From: Acidobacteriota bacterium
GTDB taxonomy: Bacteria; Acidobacteriota; UBA6911; RPQK01; JAJDTT01
Assembly (NCBI GenBank): GCA_965209055.1
Contig: OZ242374.1
Location: 998,919 to 1,062,918, forward strand
Length of the DNA: 64,000 nt
Direction: 5' to 3'
Below the pieces are notes generated by a model, which saw only the letters and a program-made list of their open reading frames with translations, was not told the origin of the DNA and did not search any database. Positions 11,005 through 20,460 of the stretch are shown one piece after another; position 1 is the first letter of the stretch; every line of letters starts with the position of its first letter. The position numbers were made by a program, and so were the translations under genes.

Positions 11005-12549
11005 CTACTGCGGGATGCGAAGCGTCTGGCCCGGGTGGATACGATCACGGTGCCGGATGTTGTTGGCCCTCTGGATTTGGCTGGGCGAAACCCCGAATCG
11101 CTTGGCAATGCGCCAAAGGTTGTCTCCTCGCCGGACCCGGTAGACCTCCGGGCTGCCCGATCTGGCGGCGTTGCCGCGTTGCGCCCTGGAAGGGGTCGGG
11201 CTCTGGGCCTCGGCGACGGTGCGGCTCTTCTTTTTGGACTTCGACACCGTAAGAACCTCTCCGGCGTAGATCCGCGTGCCCCGAATGCTGTTGTTCCGTC
11301 TGAGAGTGGCCACCGACGTCCCGAACCGCCGGGCGATCCCGCTCAACGTATCTCCATGCCGGACGCGATACTCACCTGGTCCGACCTCCCTCCGCTGCGC
11401 GAGTTGCACCCGGGGAGCCGACCTGAGAGCGGCCGTTACCTGCTCGCGCTTGCCGGGCGGGAAATAGAGGCTCACTCCCGCCGGTAGGACTCCCGTCCTC
11501 CTCCACACCCTGCTCCGAATATGGGGGTTGAGCCGCCGAAGCGTATTCATCTCGACCCCGGAGTGCGTCACCAGATCACCGACCCGCCGGTTCGCCTGGA
11601 GCCGAACGGAAGCAAAGGTCCTCGGTTCGTCCAATTGAATGGGGCCGAAGTACTTTTCCGGGTTTCGGCCGATCTCGATGGCGGCCAGGAACTCGGCATA
11701 GAAATTCTGTCCGGCGAAGCCGTAGGTCCGGGAACGATAGCGTTTAATGATGACTCGCAGGTCCGGGCCATGGCGCCGCTTGGCCCTCGCCATGCCATTG
11801 GCCCCCTGGTTGTAGGCGGTCACCGCCAAAGGCCAGTTCCCCAGTCTCCGATAGTTGGCCCTGAGCAGGCGGGCGGCCGCTTCGGTGGCCCGAATCGGAT
11901 GGAGCCGCTCGTCCACCGAGCGATTGATCTTCATGTACAGGCGGCCCGTCGACCGCATGAACTGCCAGACGCCCGCCGCTCCGGCATGGGAATAGGCCCG
12001 GTCGTTGAAGCTGGACTCCACGTGGGGAAGATAGGCCAGCTCTTCCGGCATCCCCTCGCTGCGAAAGATCTCCTTCATCCGCTTCAGATACCGGCCGGAG
12101 CGAATCACACCCGCACGGAACCTTTCCCGGATTCCCCGTTGATGGCGGACGTTTCCGGAAAGACGCTTCAAGGTCTTGGAGGAGAGAGAGTAGCCGGCGC
12201 TTCGAACGACTTCCGCGATCTCGCGGTGCTTGCCGCTCCATCCACTCGGCTCTCGCCGGGCCAGATCCAGAAGGAGCCGCCGCACGTCCGCCCTGGCATT
12301 CCGCAACTTCTGCCGGCGCCGGCGTGTCGCTGTCCTCCCCGTCTGCCGGTCTCCGGTTCGGACCACCCGGTAGACCAGCCTCAAATCGTGCTTGTCGTGA
12401 ATCTGGTACTCCCCCTCTCCGTACCGGGTGAAAACGTCGGTCCAGAACTTCATTCGATCCCGGTACCCCTCGGTGGAGAAGAGCTCCGTCGACTGGGCGG
12501 AGACCGGTTGGGAAACGGCAATCAGAAGGAAGATCAGCAGAACAGGCAT
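11005..12549 (-). CDS. lytic transglycosylase with two C-terminal LysM domains (MltD-like)
   Basis: 514 aa. Signal peptide (MPVLLIFLLIAVSQPVSAQ), SLT catalytic region (ESSF...AGAAGVWQFM...YNQG), then two LysM repeats (YRVRHGDTLSGIARRFG..., YRVRRGDNLWRIAKRFG...). Confidence 0.8.
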   Translation of the reverse strand: MPVLLIFLLIAVSQPVSAQSTELFSTEGYRDRMKFWTDVFTRYGEGEYQIHDKHDLRLVYRVVRTGDRQTGRTATRRRRQKLRNARADVRRLLLDLARREPSGWSGKHREIAEVVRSAGYSLSSKTLKRLSGNVRHQRGIRERFRAGVIRSGRYLKRMKEIFRSEGMPEELAYLPHVESSFNDRAYSHAGAAGVWQFMRSTGRLYMKINRSVDERLHPIRATEAAARLLRANYRRLGNWPLAVTAYNQGANGMARAKRRHGPDLRVIIKRYRSRTYGFAGQNFYAEFLAAIEIGRNPEKYFGPIQLDEPRTFASVRLQANRRVGDLVTHSGVEMNTLRRLNPHIRSRVWRRTGVLPAGVSLYFPPGKREQVTAALRSAPRVQLAQRREVGPGEYRVRHGDTLSGIARRFGTSVATLRRNNSIRGTRIYAGEVLTVSKSKKKSRTVAEAQSPTPSRAQRGNAARSGSPEVYRVRRGDNLWRIAKRFGVSPSQIQRANNIRHRDRIHPGQTLRIPQ

Positions 12550-12658
12550 GAGTGGACAGTCCCTCTCCGGTGATCAAGGCCAACGCCAGCCCGCGCCAAC
12601 AGCGGGGCGCAAAGAGAATAATCCAGAACCCTGTCCAATTTTGGCGTCCGGTCTCCGC

Positions 12659-13195
12659 TCACCTACGCGCTTCATCGAGGTTACGATGAACCGTTTCGAG
12701 GCGATCGCGGATCAACCGGCAGATCTGCTCCGGGGATCTCCCCGAGACTCCGACCTTCAGATCGGCCAGATCGTAGTCCGGCCGCCGCTTGCGGTACAGG
12801 GCTTCGAACTGCTGCCGATCCCGAGCCAGCGGACGGTTGTCCATCTGAGTGGAGCGCCGCCAGGCGAGTTCCAGCGGTATCCGGAGGGTCACGGCGATCC
12901 CGGACTTGAAGATGAGGTCGCGGTTCGGCGCTTGGGAAAAGGCGCCTCCGCCCAGGGCCACCACCGCCGGCTCCCGGTCCCGGACCTCCGCCAGCATTCC
13001 GGTTTCCAACTTCCGGAAATGAGCTTCGCCCCGAAGATCGAAGATCCGGGGGATGTCCATCTTCGCGGCGTCCACGATGAGATCATCCAGATCCACGAAG
13101 GACCGGCCCAGATGTCCTGCGAGAACCGGCCCCACGGTCGATTTGCCGCTGCCCATGAATCCCACCAGATAAAGGTGTCCCTTCAACGGCGGCAA
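12659..13195 (-). CDS. aroK: shikimate kinase
   Basis: 178 aa. LVGFMGSGKSTVG P-loop, FxDLD, GGGA motif. 13-nt overlap with aroA. Confidence 0.9.
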   Translation of the reverse strand: MPPLKGHLYLVGFMGSGKSTVGPVLAGHLGRSFVDLDDLIVDAAKMDIPRIFDLRGEAHFRKLETGMLAEVRDREPAVVALGGGAFSQAPNRDLIFKSGIAVTLRIPLELAWRRSTQMDNRPLARDRQQFEALYRKRRPDYDLADLKVGVSGRSPEQICRLIRDRLETVHRNLDEARR

Positions 13196-14484
13196 ATCCC
13201 CTCCAAGTGTTGGAAGAAATCAGGATAGGACACGGCCACGCAATCCGGATCGTCCACTTCCACCGGATTCTCCGCCACCAGGCCCGCCAGGGCGAAGGCC
13301 ATGGCGATGCGATGATCGCCGAAGGTCCGCACCTGTCCGCCTCGGATGCGGCTGCCGGGAGGAATGACGAACCCGTCCGGGAGCTCGCGGACGTCCACGC
13401 CGAGTTCACGCAGATTGACCACGACGGAGTGGATTCGGTCCGACTCCTTGTGGCGCAGTTCCTGGGCGTCTCGAACCTGGAAACCCCGTTCCAGGCTGGT
13501 CCCCAAAATGGCCAGCGCCGGAATCTCGTCGATGAGCCGGGCCACCCAGTCTCCCGAGATTTGGCTGGGAAACTGCCTTCGGACCTCGGGATCCGCGTGA
13601 ATCTGCAGATCGCAGACCGGCTCCCCGTTGCTTTCAGTAGCATCGGACCTCTCAACCCGGATGCCGGCCTCTTCCAGCAGCGAGAGGAATCCCGCCCGCG
13701 TGGGATTGACGCCGACTCCCCTCAAGGCGATCCGGCTGCCCGGAACCAGCAGGCCAGCCACCAGGAAGAACAACGCGGAAGAGAAATCCCCTGGAATCCG
13801 GAAGTCGACGCCGTGGAGACGGGCGCCTCCCCGCACCCGGAGGCGGGCTCCGGTCTGAATCAAAGGAGCGCCGAAGAAGGGCAGGGCCCGCTCGGTATGG
13901 TCCCGGGACGGCCCCGTCTCCTCCACCTCCGTTTCGCCCTCGGCCATCAGTCCGGCCAGCAGGACGCACGACTTCACCTGAGCACTGGCGATGGGCAACC
14001 GGTACCGGATCCCGGTCAGCCGGCCGCCCCGGATCAGCAGAGGCGGCAAACCCCCGTCCCGGGCCTCGATCCGGGCGCCCATTCGGATCAGGGGTTCCAT
14101 GATGCGCTGCATGGGGCGCTGATTGAGAGAAGAGTCTCCCTGGACCCGGGAGGAGAACCGGCCCGCCGCCAGCAGTGCCGAGAGCAGCCGGATGGTGGTC
14201 CCGCTGTTCTGAACGTCCAGGGTCCGGCGCGGCGCGGTGAAACGCCGCCATCCCGGGCTGTGGACCTCAACTCGGGAGGCGTTTCGAACCACCCCGGCGC
14301 CGAGCGCCTCGATACAGGAGAGAGTGGCCCGGCAGTCTTCGCTGGAGGCGAAGTTGCGGATCCGGGTGGTGCCATCGGCCATTCCCCCCAGAAGGGCGTA
14401 GCGATGGGAAATGCTCTTGTCTCCCGGCACCCGGACCTCGCCCTCGAGGGGAGCCCGGACCGGATCGATTCGTCTCGGCGTCAT
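13183..14484 (-). CDS. aroA: 3-phosphoshikimate 1-carboxyvinyltransferase (EPSP synthase)
   Basis: 433 aa. PGDKSISHR, NSGTTx[17 protein letters not shown] motifs. 4-nt overlap with the uvrB stop. Confidence 0.95.
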   Translation of the reverse strand: MTPRRIDPVRAPLEGEVRVPGDKSISHRYALLGGMADGTTRIRNFASSEDCRATLSCIEALGAGVVRNASRVEVHSPGWRRFTAPRRTLDVQNSGTTIRLLSALLAAGRFSSRVQGDSSLNQRPMQRIMEPLIRMGARIEARDGGLPPLLIRGGRLTGIRYRLPIASAQVKSCVLLAGLMAEGETEVEETGPSRDHTERALPFFGAPLIQTGARLRVRGGARLHGVDFRIPGDFSSALFFLVAGLLVPGSRIALRGVGVNPTRAGFLSLLEEAGIRVERSDATESNGEPVCDLQIHADPEVRRQFPSQISGDWVARLIDEIPALAILGTSLERGFQVRDAQELRHKESDRIHSVVVNLRELGVDVRELPDGFVIPPGSRIRGGQVRTFGDHRIAMAFALAGLVAENPVEVDDPDCVAVSYPDFFQHLEGICRR

Positions 14485-16577
14485 CCGGCACCCTGCCCCT
14501 GGGCCATGGCCTCCGGGCCGCCCGCCAGTTGGAGGTGAGTCTCACGCAACAGCTTGATCCGGTCCCGCAACTGGGCCGCTTTCTCGAACTCGAACTTCTG
14601 GGCCGCCTGCTTCATGTCGTCGCTCAGCTTGAGTATCTCCTGCTCGATCTCCTGGGGGGAACCGTACCGGTCCACCTCCTCGGCCACCAGCGGGATTTCA
14701 TAGTAGTCCAGTTGGGTCATCTCCAGCAGCGTCGCGTCCACCGGCTTGACGATGCTCTCCGGAGTGATCCCGTTCTCGTCGTTGTAGTCGCGCTGCAGAT
14801 CCCGGCGCCTCCCCGTCTCTTCAATGGCATGGCTCATGGACCGGGTGACGACGTCGGCGTACATGATGACCTTCCCGTTGACGTTTCGAGCCGCCCGCCC
14901 CGAAGTCTGGATAAGAGACGTGCCACTGCGCAGAAACCCTTCCTTGTCGGCGTCCAGCACCGCCACCAGCGAGACCTCGGGCAGGTCCAGGCCCTCGCGC
15001 AACAGGTTCACTCCCACCAGGACGTCGAACCGGCCCAGGCGCAGATCCCGCAGCAGCTTGACCCGGTCCAACGTATCCACTTCCGAATGAAGGTAACGGA
15101 CCATGACTCCGATCTCGGTGTAGTACTCGGTCAACTCCTCGGCCATCCGCTTGGTCAAGGTGGTGACCAGGACCCGCTCCCCGCGGTCGGCCCGGCTCCG
15201 AATCTCTTCCAGCAGGTCGTCGATCTGGTTGCGGACCGGACGCACTTCGATTTCCGGATCCATGAGGCCGGTGGGGCGAATGATCTGCTCCACCACCTCC
15301 CCTCCGCACTCCTGCAGCTCGAAATCGGCCGGCGTGGCCGAAACGTAGAGGGTCGGAGGACGGCGGAGCTCGAACTCGGCAAAGTTCAAAGGCCGGTTGT
15401 CGAGAGCCGAGGGGAGGCGGAACCCGTACTTCACCAGGTTCAACTTTCGGGACCGGTCTCCCTCGTACATGCCCCGGACCTGGGGGACGGTCACGTGGCT
15501 CTCGTCGATGAAGATGAGCGATTCCTTCGGCAGGTAGTCCATGAGCGTGGGCGGAGCCTGTCCCGGCAGGCGGCCGGTGAGATGCCGGGAATAGTTCTCG
15601 ATCCCCCGGCAGTAGCCGACGGTCCGCATCATCTCCAGGTCGAAGAGGGTCCGCTGCCGGACCCTCTCGGCTTCCATCAGCCGGCCTTCCTCCTCGAGCC
15701 GGCCGTGGTGCTCCGCCAGCTCATCCCGGATGCTCTCCATGGCGCGTTCCCGCTGCTCCTCGGGCATCACGTAGTGGGACCGGGGATAGATGGGAATCCG
15801 GGGATGGCGTTTCTGCGTCTGTCCGGTCAAGGGATCGAACTGGAAGATTCCATCCACCTCGTCGCCGAACAGCTCGATCCGGATGCCGTAGTCCCCGTAG
15901 GAAGGGACCACCTCGACCATGTCCCCCCGGGCCCGGAAGGTCCCCCGGGCCAGATCCAGGTCGGTCCGCTCGTACTGGATGTCCACCAACCTGCGCAGGA
16001 GCGCCTGGCGGGAGATCCGCTGTCCCTCGCTCAGCATGAGCAGCATCCCGTAGTAGGCCTCGGGAGACCCCAGTCCGTAGATGCAGCTCACGCTGCAGAC
16101 GATGATGCAGTCCCGGCGCTCGAACAGGGAGCGGGTCGCCGAGTGCCGCAGCCGGTCGATCTCGTCGTTGATCAGCGCTTCCTTCTCGATGTAGGTGTCG
16201 GTGGAGGCGATGTAGGCTTCCGGCTGGTAATAGTCGTAGTAGCTGACGAAGTACTCCACCGCGTTCTCGGGGAAGAAGTTCCGGAACTCCTGGTAGAGCT
16301 GGGCGGCCAGCGTCTTGTTGTGACTCAGGACCAGAGTGGTCCGATTGACCCGCTCGATGACGCGGGCCATGGTGAAGGTCTTCCCCGACCCGGTGACTCC
16401 CAGCAGGACCTGGCTCCGCCGGCCTTCCCGGATGCCCCCGACCAACGCCTCGATGGCCCGGTCCTGATCCCGGCTGGGAGTGAACGGACTACTGAGCCGG
16501 AAGGGGGCGGAAGAGGGCGCCGCCTCCCCGTAGTTCACACCGGCATAGGAGATCCCCTGCGGATCGGCCATGAGCAC
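14481..16577 (-). CDS. uvrB: excinuclease ABC subunit B
   Basis: 698 aa. GVTGSGKTF Walker A, DESH box, helicase motifs, C-terminal UVR domain ([11 protein letters not shown]). Confidence 0.97.
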   Translation of the reverse strand: MLMADPQGISYAGVNYGEAAPSSAPFRLSSPFTPSRDQDRAIEALVGGIREGRRSQVLLGVTGSGKTFTMARVIERVNRTTLVLSHNKTLAAQLYQEFRNFFPENAVEYFVSYYDYYQPEAYIASTDTYIEKEALINDEIDRLRHSATRSLFERRDCIIVCSVSCIYGLGSPEAYYGMLLMLSEGQRISRQALLRRLVDIQYERTDLDLARGTFRARGDMVEVVPSYGDYGIRIELFGDEVDGIFQFDPLTGQTQKRHPRIPIYPRSHYVMPEEQRERAMESIRDELAEHHGRLEEEGRLMEAERVRQRTLFDLEMMRTVGYCRGIENYSRHLTGRLPGQAPPTLMDYLPKESLIFIDESHVTVPQVRGMYEGDRSRKLNLVKYGFRLPSALDNRPLNFAEFELRRPPTLYVSATPADFELQECGGEVVEQIIRPTGLMDPEIEVRPVRNQIDDLLEEIRSRADRGERVLVTTLTKRMAEELTEYYTEIGVMVRYLHSEVDTLDRVKLLRDLRLGRFDVLVGVNLLREGLDLPEVSLVAVLDADKEGFLRSGTSLIQTSGRAARNVNGKVIMYADVVTRSMSHAIEETGRRRDLQRDYNDENGITPESIVKPVDATLLEMTQLDYYEIPLVAEEVDRYGSPQEIEQEILKLSDDMKQAAQKFEFEKAAQLRDRIKLLRETHLQLAGGPEAMAQGQGAG

Positions 16578-16644
16578 GCATTATAGAAAACCGGGGGGAG
16601 CGGCGTGTTTCACGCGCCGAGTCCCGTAGCCACACCGACGAACG

Positions 16645-16668
16645 GGTCAAGTCCTCTGGGACTTGACC
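16645..16668. promoter_or_regulatory. perfect 10-bp/4-nt-loop inverted repeat (GGTCAAGTCC-TCTG-GGACTTGACC) in the uvrB/vapB divergent region; overlaps a possible TTGACC -35
   Basis: Seen in the sequence 60 nt upstream of the vapB ATG. A short ACTAG-N8-CTAGT repeat follows at 16683..16700. The operator/promoter role is inferred. Confidence 0.3.
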
Positions 16669-16727
16669 TTCCGCTCCGTACAAACTAGTCTTATTCCTAG
16701 TCAGTACCAGCCCAACCGGAGGAACCC

Positions 16728-16988
16728 ATGAGCAACGTCTGGCAGGTACAGGAGGCCAAGGCGCGTTTCAGCGAACTGCTGGCGACGAGCCTCGCCGAAG
16801 GACCGCAAATCGTCACGAAGCGAGGCGTCGAGACGGCGGTGCTTGTCCCCATCAAGCAGTGGCGCAGACTGGAGAAAATGGCGAAGCCGAACCTCAAGGA
16901 ACTTCTTCTCGCTCCCGGGCCGCGCACTGAAGCACTGGTACCGCCGCGTCGAGAACTCCGTAAACGTGCGGCTCCACATTTCGAGTAG
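16728..16988 (+). CDS. vapB: type II antitoxin, Phd/YefM-family (VapB-type partner of the downstream PIN toxin)
   Basis: 86 aa. WxVxEAKARFSELL...GPQIVTKRGxxxAVLVP is the classical Phd/YefM-type N-terminus. GGAGGA RBS. A PIN gene starts 5 nt after the stop. Confidence 0.8.
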   Translation: MSNVWQVQEAKARFSELLATSLAEGPQIVTKRGVETAVLVPIKQWRRLEKMAKPNLKELLLAPGPRTEALVPPRRELRKRAAPHFE

Positions 16989-16992
16989 GCCA

Positions 16993-17415
16993 GTGTTTCT
17001 TCTCGACACCAACATCGTCTCCGAGTTGCGTCGACCCATTCCGCACCAGTCAACTCTGCACTGGATCAGGCGTGTGCCCGCCGAACAGTTGTACCTGTCC
17101 TCCGTCACGATAGGCGAAATTCAAGCAGGAATCGAAATCACACGTGAGCAGGACGCCGTCAAAGCAAGGGAACTGGAGGCATGGCTCAACGGCGTCATCG
17201 CCACGTACCACATACTGGCGGTGGACGCCGCTGTCTTTCGGGAGTGGGCGAAGCTGATGCACCGGCGATCGGACACCTTGATGCAGGATGCCATGATCGC
17301 TGCCGTGGCGATCGTCCACAGGCTGACGGTAGCGACCCGAAATGTGCGGGAATTCAAGCATTTCGGCGTTCCGATCGTCAATCCTTTCTCGGACCAACGC
17401 GGGGAGACGGGATGA
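16993..17415 (+). CDS. vapC: type II toxin VapC (PIN-domain ribonuclease)
   Basis: GTG 16993 ([11 protein letters not shown]...), 140 aa. PIN acidic residues in LLDTN, GEI, QDAMIAA, plus a TRN motif near the C-terminus. Confidence 0.85.
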   Translation: MFLLDTNIVSELRRPIPHQSTLHWIRRVPAEQLYLSSVTIGEIQAGIEITREQDAVKARELEAWLNGVIATYHILAVDAAVFREWAKLMHRRSDTLMQDAMIAAVAIVHRLTVATRNVREFKHFGVPIVNPFSDQRGETG

Positions 17416-18365
17416 TCCGGGAACGGATACTGGTAGCGGGAGGCGCCGGATTCATCGGCAGCCACCTCTGCGAATCGCTGCTCCGGCAGGGCGCGGACGT
17501 GCTCTGCCTGGACAACCTGTTCTCGGGCAGCCGGCGCAACATCCTCCCGCTCACGGAACACCCGTACTTCGAGTTCATCCGCCACGACGTGACCCAGCCG
17601 ATCCTTCTGGAGGTGGACCGGATCTACAACCTGGCCTCGCCGGCGGCGCCGGTGCACTACCAGTACAACCCGGTCAAAACGGTGAAGACCAACGTCATGG
17701 GCACCCTCAACCTCCTGGGCCTGGCCAAGAGGGTGGGGGCCCGGATCCTCCAGGCCAGCACTTCGGAAGTTTACGGAGACCCCCTGGTCCATCCCCAGCG
17801 GGAGGACTACTGGGGCAACGTGAACCCCATCGGTCCTCGAAGCTGCTATGACGAGGGGAAGCGGGTGGCCGAATCCCTGATGATCAATTACCGGCGCCAG
17901 AACGGCGTCGACGTGAGGATCGCCCGCATCTTCAACACCTATGGCCCCCGGATGTCGGAGGTGGACGGACGGGTCGTCAGCAACTTCATGGTCCAGGCGC
18001 TGCGGGGAGAGCCCCTGACCGTCTACGGAGACGGTTCCCAGACCCGCTCCTTCTGTTACGTCTCCGACATGGTGGCGGGATTGGAGCAACTCATGGACGC
18101 CGATCGGGTCCCCGGACCGGTCAACCTGGGCAGTCCCCGCGAGTGTTCCATACTGTCGTTGGCGAAGCTGATCCTGGAACTCACCGGCTCGAAATCCGAG
18201 ATCCGGTTCGGAGTGATTCCGGAGGACGACCCGGTCCGGCGGCAGCCCGACATCGGCCGGGCGGAACGGCATCTGGACTGGGAACCGTTCGTGAACCTGA
18301 GGGAAGGACTTCACCGGACCATCCCGTACTACGAGGAAATCCTGGCCCGCAACCCGCCGGGGTGA
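17412..18365 (+). CDS. UDP-glucuronate decarboxylase (UDP-xylose synthase)-like SDR epimerase/dehydratase
   Basis: 317 aa from ATG 17412. [10 protein letters not shown] Rossmann motif, [11 protein letters not shown], [34 protein letters not shown], which is typical of UXS/ArnA-decarboxylase enzymes. The ATG overlaps the vapC TGA. Confidence 0.85.
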   Translation: MIRERILVAGGAGFIGSHLCESLLRQGADVLCLDNLFSGSRRNILPLTEHPYFEFIRHDVTQPILLEVDRIYNLASPAAPVHYQYNPVKTVKTNVMGTLNLLGLAKRVGARILQASTSEVYGDPLVHPQREDYWGNVNPIGPRSCYDEGKRVAESLMINYRRQNGVDVRIARIFNTYGPRMSEVDGRVVSNFMVQALRGEPLTVYGDGSQTRSFCYVSDMVAGLEQLMDADRVPGPVNLGSPRECSILSLAKLILELTGSKSEIRFGVIPEDDPVRRQPDIGRAERHLDWEPFVNLREGLHRTIPYYEEILARNPPG

Positions 18366-18575
18366 ATGGAGCGGCGGCACGCAACCGCCGAAACGGAGCG
18401 CCGATGGCCGATCGCCGGCCTCCGTTCAACCTCCAAGGCATCCAGGGAACGGGCGATTGGAAGGCGCCCTGCCAGTTATCTCGGCAGGGGCGGCTCCAGT
18501 CACCACTCGCGCGCGGTCCGGACCGCGCACTCTCCGAAGAATGGCCTAGGTCACGATGGCTTGCTTGTGATCCTT

Positions 18576-18595
18576 GTACCGGTACGAGGTATACT
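18576..18595 (+). promoter_or_regulatory. GTACCGGTAC palindrome plus TATACT -10-like hexamer directly upstream of higB (possible operator and leaderless promoter)
   Basis: Palindrome at 18576..18585. TATACT at 18590..18595 is only 5 nt before ATG 18601, with no Shine-Dalgarno sequence in between. Confidence 0.3.
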
Positions 18596-18600
18596 TCCGC

Positions 18601-18879
18601 ATGATTCGCAGGTTTCGCCATCGAGGCCTCAAGCGGTTGTTTGAGCGTGGTGATTTCAGGAGGGTGCGTGCAGACCAGAAGGAACGGATCGCACTTGCAT
18701 TGGCGGACCTTGAAGCCGCCGCCGATCCGGCAGATTTGAATCTGCCCGGGTATCGACTTCACCCGCTGAAAGGTGGTCTGAAGGGGTTTTGGAGTATCAC
18801 GATTTCCGGTAACTGGCGAATCATCTTCCGCTTCGAAGAAGGCGACGCGTACGATGTCGACCTGGTCGACTACCACTAG
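18601..18879 (+). CDS. higB: type II toxin HigB (plasmid-maintenance-system killer, RelE/ParE superfamily)
   Basis: 92 aa from ATG 18601. MIRRFRHRGLKRLFERGD...LHPLKGxLKGFWSIxISGNWRIIFRFEEGDAYDVDLVDYH matches the HigB family pattern. The toxin-first gene order is typical of higBA. Confidence 0.85.
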   Translation: MIRRFRHRGLKRLFERGDFRRVRADQKERIALALADLEAAADPADLNLPGYRLHPLKGGLKGFWSITISGNWRIIFRFEEGDAYDVDLVDYH

Positions 18880-18891
18880 GAGGTCCCATCC

Positions 18892-19266
18892 ATGGCCATG
18901 AAGAATCCGCCGCATCCCGGCCGCAGTATCAAAAGGAACTGTCTTGATCCGCTCGGTCTGAGCGTCACGGAGGCGGCGAAGGTGTTGGGCGTGGCGCGTC
19001 ACACCCTCTCCCGCGTATTGAACGGCCGAGCCGCCGTTTCACCGGCAATGGCCATTCGACTGGAGAAAGCCGGATGGTCCAACGCCGAGTTCTGGCTGCG
19101 CCGGCAGACCGCGTACGATCTGGCGCAAGCCCGCAAGGACGAACACCGGATCAAGATCAAGCCCTACCCGCCACCCGTCACTCCCCGGGAGACATCGTCC
19201 ACGTCGCGGGTGCGCGAGTCGCCGCCATCGTCAGGATCTTCGTCCGTCAACGAAGGCGGATACTGA
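18892..19266 (+). CDS. higA: HigA-family antitoxin (XRE-type HTH)
   Basis: 124 aa. [55 protein letters not shown] is the HigA/VapI signature. About 30 aa of Ser/Pro-rich tail lies beyond the usual family length. Confidence 0.85.
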   Translation: MAMKNPPHPGRSIKRNCLDPLGLSVTEAAKVLGVARHTLSRVLNGRAAVSPAMAIRLEKAGWSNAEFWLRRQTAYDLAQARKDEHRIKIKPYPPPVTPRETSSTSRVRESPPSSGSSSVNEGGY

Positions 19267-19398
19267 CCTGCTGTTACAAGCTCATCGATACCGTCCGGAC
19301 GACACCGTTTCACCGGGCTCGAGCCAAAGCCCCGGCAGCCAATTCGTTCGCTGGACAGTAGGGGGGACAGGTATGTCCCCTGTCCGCTCCAATTCCCG

Positions 19399-19427
19399 TC
19401 GAACGCCGGGATTCGGTCTGCTAGAAT
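19399..19427 (+). promoter_or_regulatory. candidate promoter of the nuo-atp gene string (TCGAAC-17-TAGAAT with extended -10 TGC)
   Basis: GTCTGCTAGAAT lies 50 nt upstream of the nuoA start. The nearly identical GTCTGCTATAAT occurs upstream of valS. Confidence 0.35.
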
Positions 19428-19477
19428 AGGCACCCGTACGGCGAACGGGTCCCGGATGGGACTTTCCCAAGGAGAAC

Positions 19478-19837
19478 GTGGTGCTCGGATCCTACATTCC
19501 CATTCTGATCTTCATCCTGGTGGCCATCACCCTTCCCGTCGTGGGATTGCTGGTGGGCAGGCTCCTGCGGCCCCATCTGCCCACCGCCGACAAGCTGATG
19601 CCCTACGAATGCGGCGTCGATCCCGTCGACGACGCCAGAGGCCGATTTTCGGTGCGCTTCTACATCATCGCCATCCTCTTCGTCATCTTCGACGTGGAGA
19701 CGATCTTCCTCTTTCCCTGGGCGGTCATCTACGACAAGCTGGCCCTGTTCGGGTTCATCGAGATGGTCATCTTCCTGGGGATTCTGATCGTGGGCTATTT
19801 CTACGTCTGGAAGAAGGGCGCACTGGAATGGGCATAG
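19478..19837 (+). CDS. nuoA: NADH-quinone oxidoreductase subunit A
   Basis: 119 aa, 3 TM. YECG...FDVE..FLFPWA motif. AAGGAG RBS (the GTG start could be 19478 or 19481). Confidence 0.9.
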   Translation: MVLGSYIPILIFILVAITLPVVGLLVGRLLRPHLPTADKLMPYECGVDPVDDARGRFSVRFYIIAILFVIFDVETIFLFPWAVIYDKLALFGFIEMVIFLGILIVGYFYVWKKGALEWA

Positions 19838-19937
19838 GAGGCCGTGGTACAAATCCCGCTGAGCCCGACCGGGGCGGAGCGGGACTTTCGCCACGGACTC
19901 TCGAACCGTTTCCGATCAACCTGACCGAGGTCGAAAC

Positions 19938-20426
19938 ATGGACCGGAGCATAGAGAAGAACGTCATCACCACGACGGCCGACTCGGTTTTCAACTGGGCG
20001 CGGAAGTCCTCCCTCTGGCCCATGACTTTCGGCTTGGCCTGCTGCGCCATCGAGATGATGGCCACCGGCGCCTCCCGGTTCGACATGGACCGGTTCGGTG
20101 CCGGCATCTTCCGGCCCTCGCCGCGCCAGTCCGACCTGATCATCGTGGCCGGGACCGTGACCCTGAAGATGGCCGAGGTGATCCAGCGGCTCTACGAGCA
20201 GATGCCGGATCCCAAGTGGGTCATCTCCATGGGAGCCTGCTCCAGCGCCGGAGGCCCGTTCGACACCTATTCGACCTTGCAGGGAGTGGATAAAGTCATA
20301 CCGGTGGACGTGTACATACCGGGGTGTCCGCCGCGGCCCGAGGCGCTTCTGTACGGACTCATGCGTCTCCAGGACAAGATCGATCTGATGAGTATCACGG
20401 ACAAGCCGGAGCCGCGGGCCAGCTAG
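19938..20426 (+). CDS. nuoB: NADH-quinone oxidoreductase subunit B
   Basis: 162 aa. [20 protein letters not shown] and PGCPPRPE motifs carry the N2 cluster cysteines. Confidence 0.95.
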   Translation: MDRSIEKNVITTTADSVFNWARKSSLWPMTFGLACCAIEMMATGASRFDMDRFGAGIFRPSPRQSDLIIVAGTVTLKMAEVIQRLYEQMPDPKWVISMGACSSAGGPFDTYSTLQGVDKVIPVDVYIPGCPPRPEALLYGLMRLQDKIDLMSITDKPEPRAS

Positions 20427-20460
20427 ATTCCCCTGTAGCCCTTCCCAATCCTTCTTGAAG

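Noticed and set aside
14529-16586. 685-aa + strand ORF opposite uvrB
   Set aside because: It is antisense to an unambiguous uvrB. It has low-complexity composition and no motifs.
16578-16727. LexA/SOS box upstream of uvrB
   Set aside because: I searched by eye for GTTC-N7-GTTC and CTGT-N8-ACAG-type dyads on both strands. Only the GGTCAAGTCC/GGACTTGACC hairpin is present, and it matches neither.
16701-17108. 135-aa and 118-aa - strand ORFs opposite vapB/vapC
   Set aside because: They are antisense to a textbook VapBC pair and have no motifs.
18366-18644. 92-aa ORF in the uxs-higB gap
   Set aside because: It has an Arg/Ser/Gly-rich composition, no RBS and runs into higB out of frame. The gap is better explained by an 18-nt palindrome (GCGCGGTCC/GGACCGCGC, 18511..18528), probably a terminator, plus the higBA control region.
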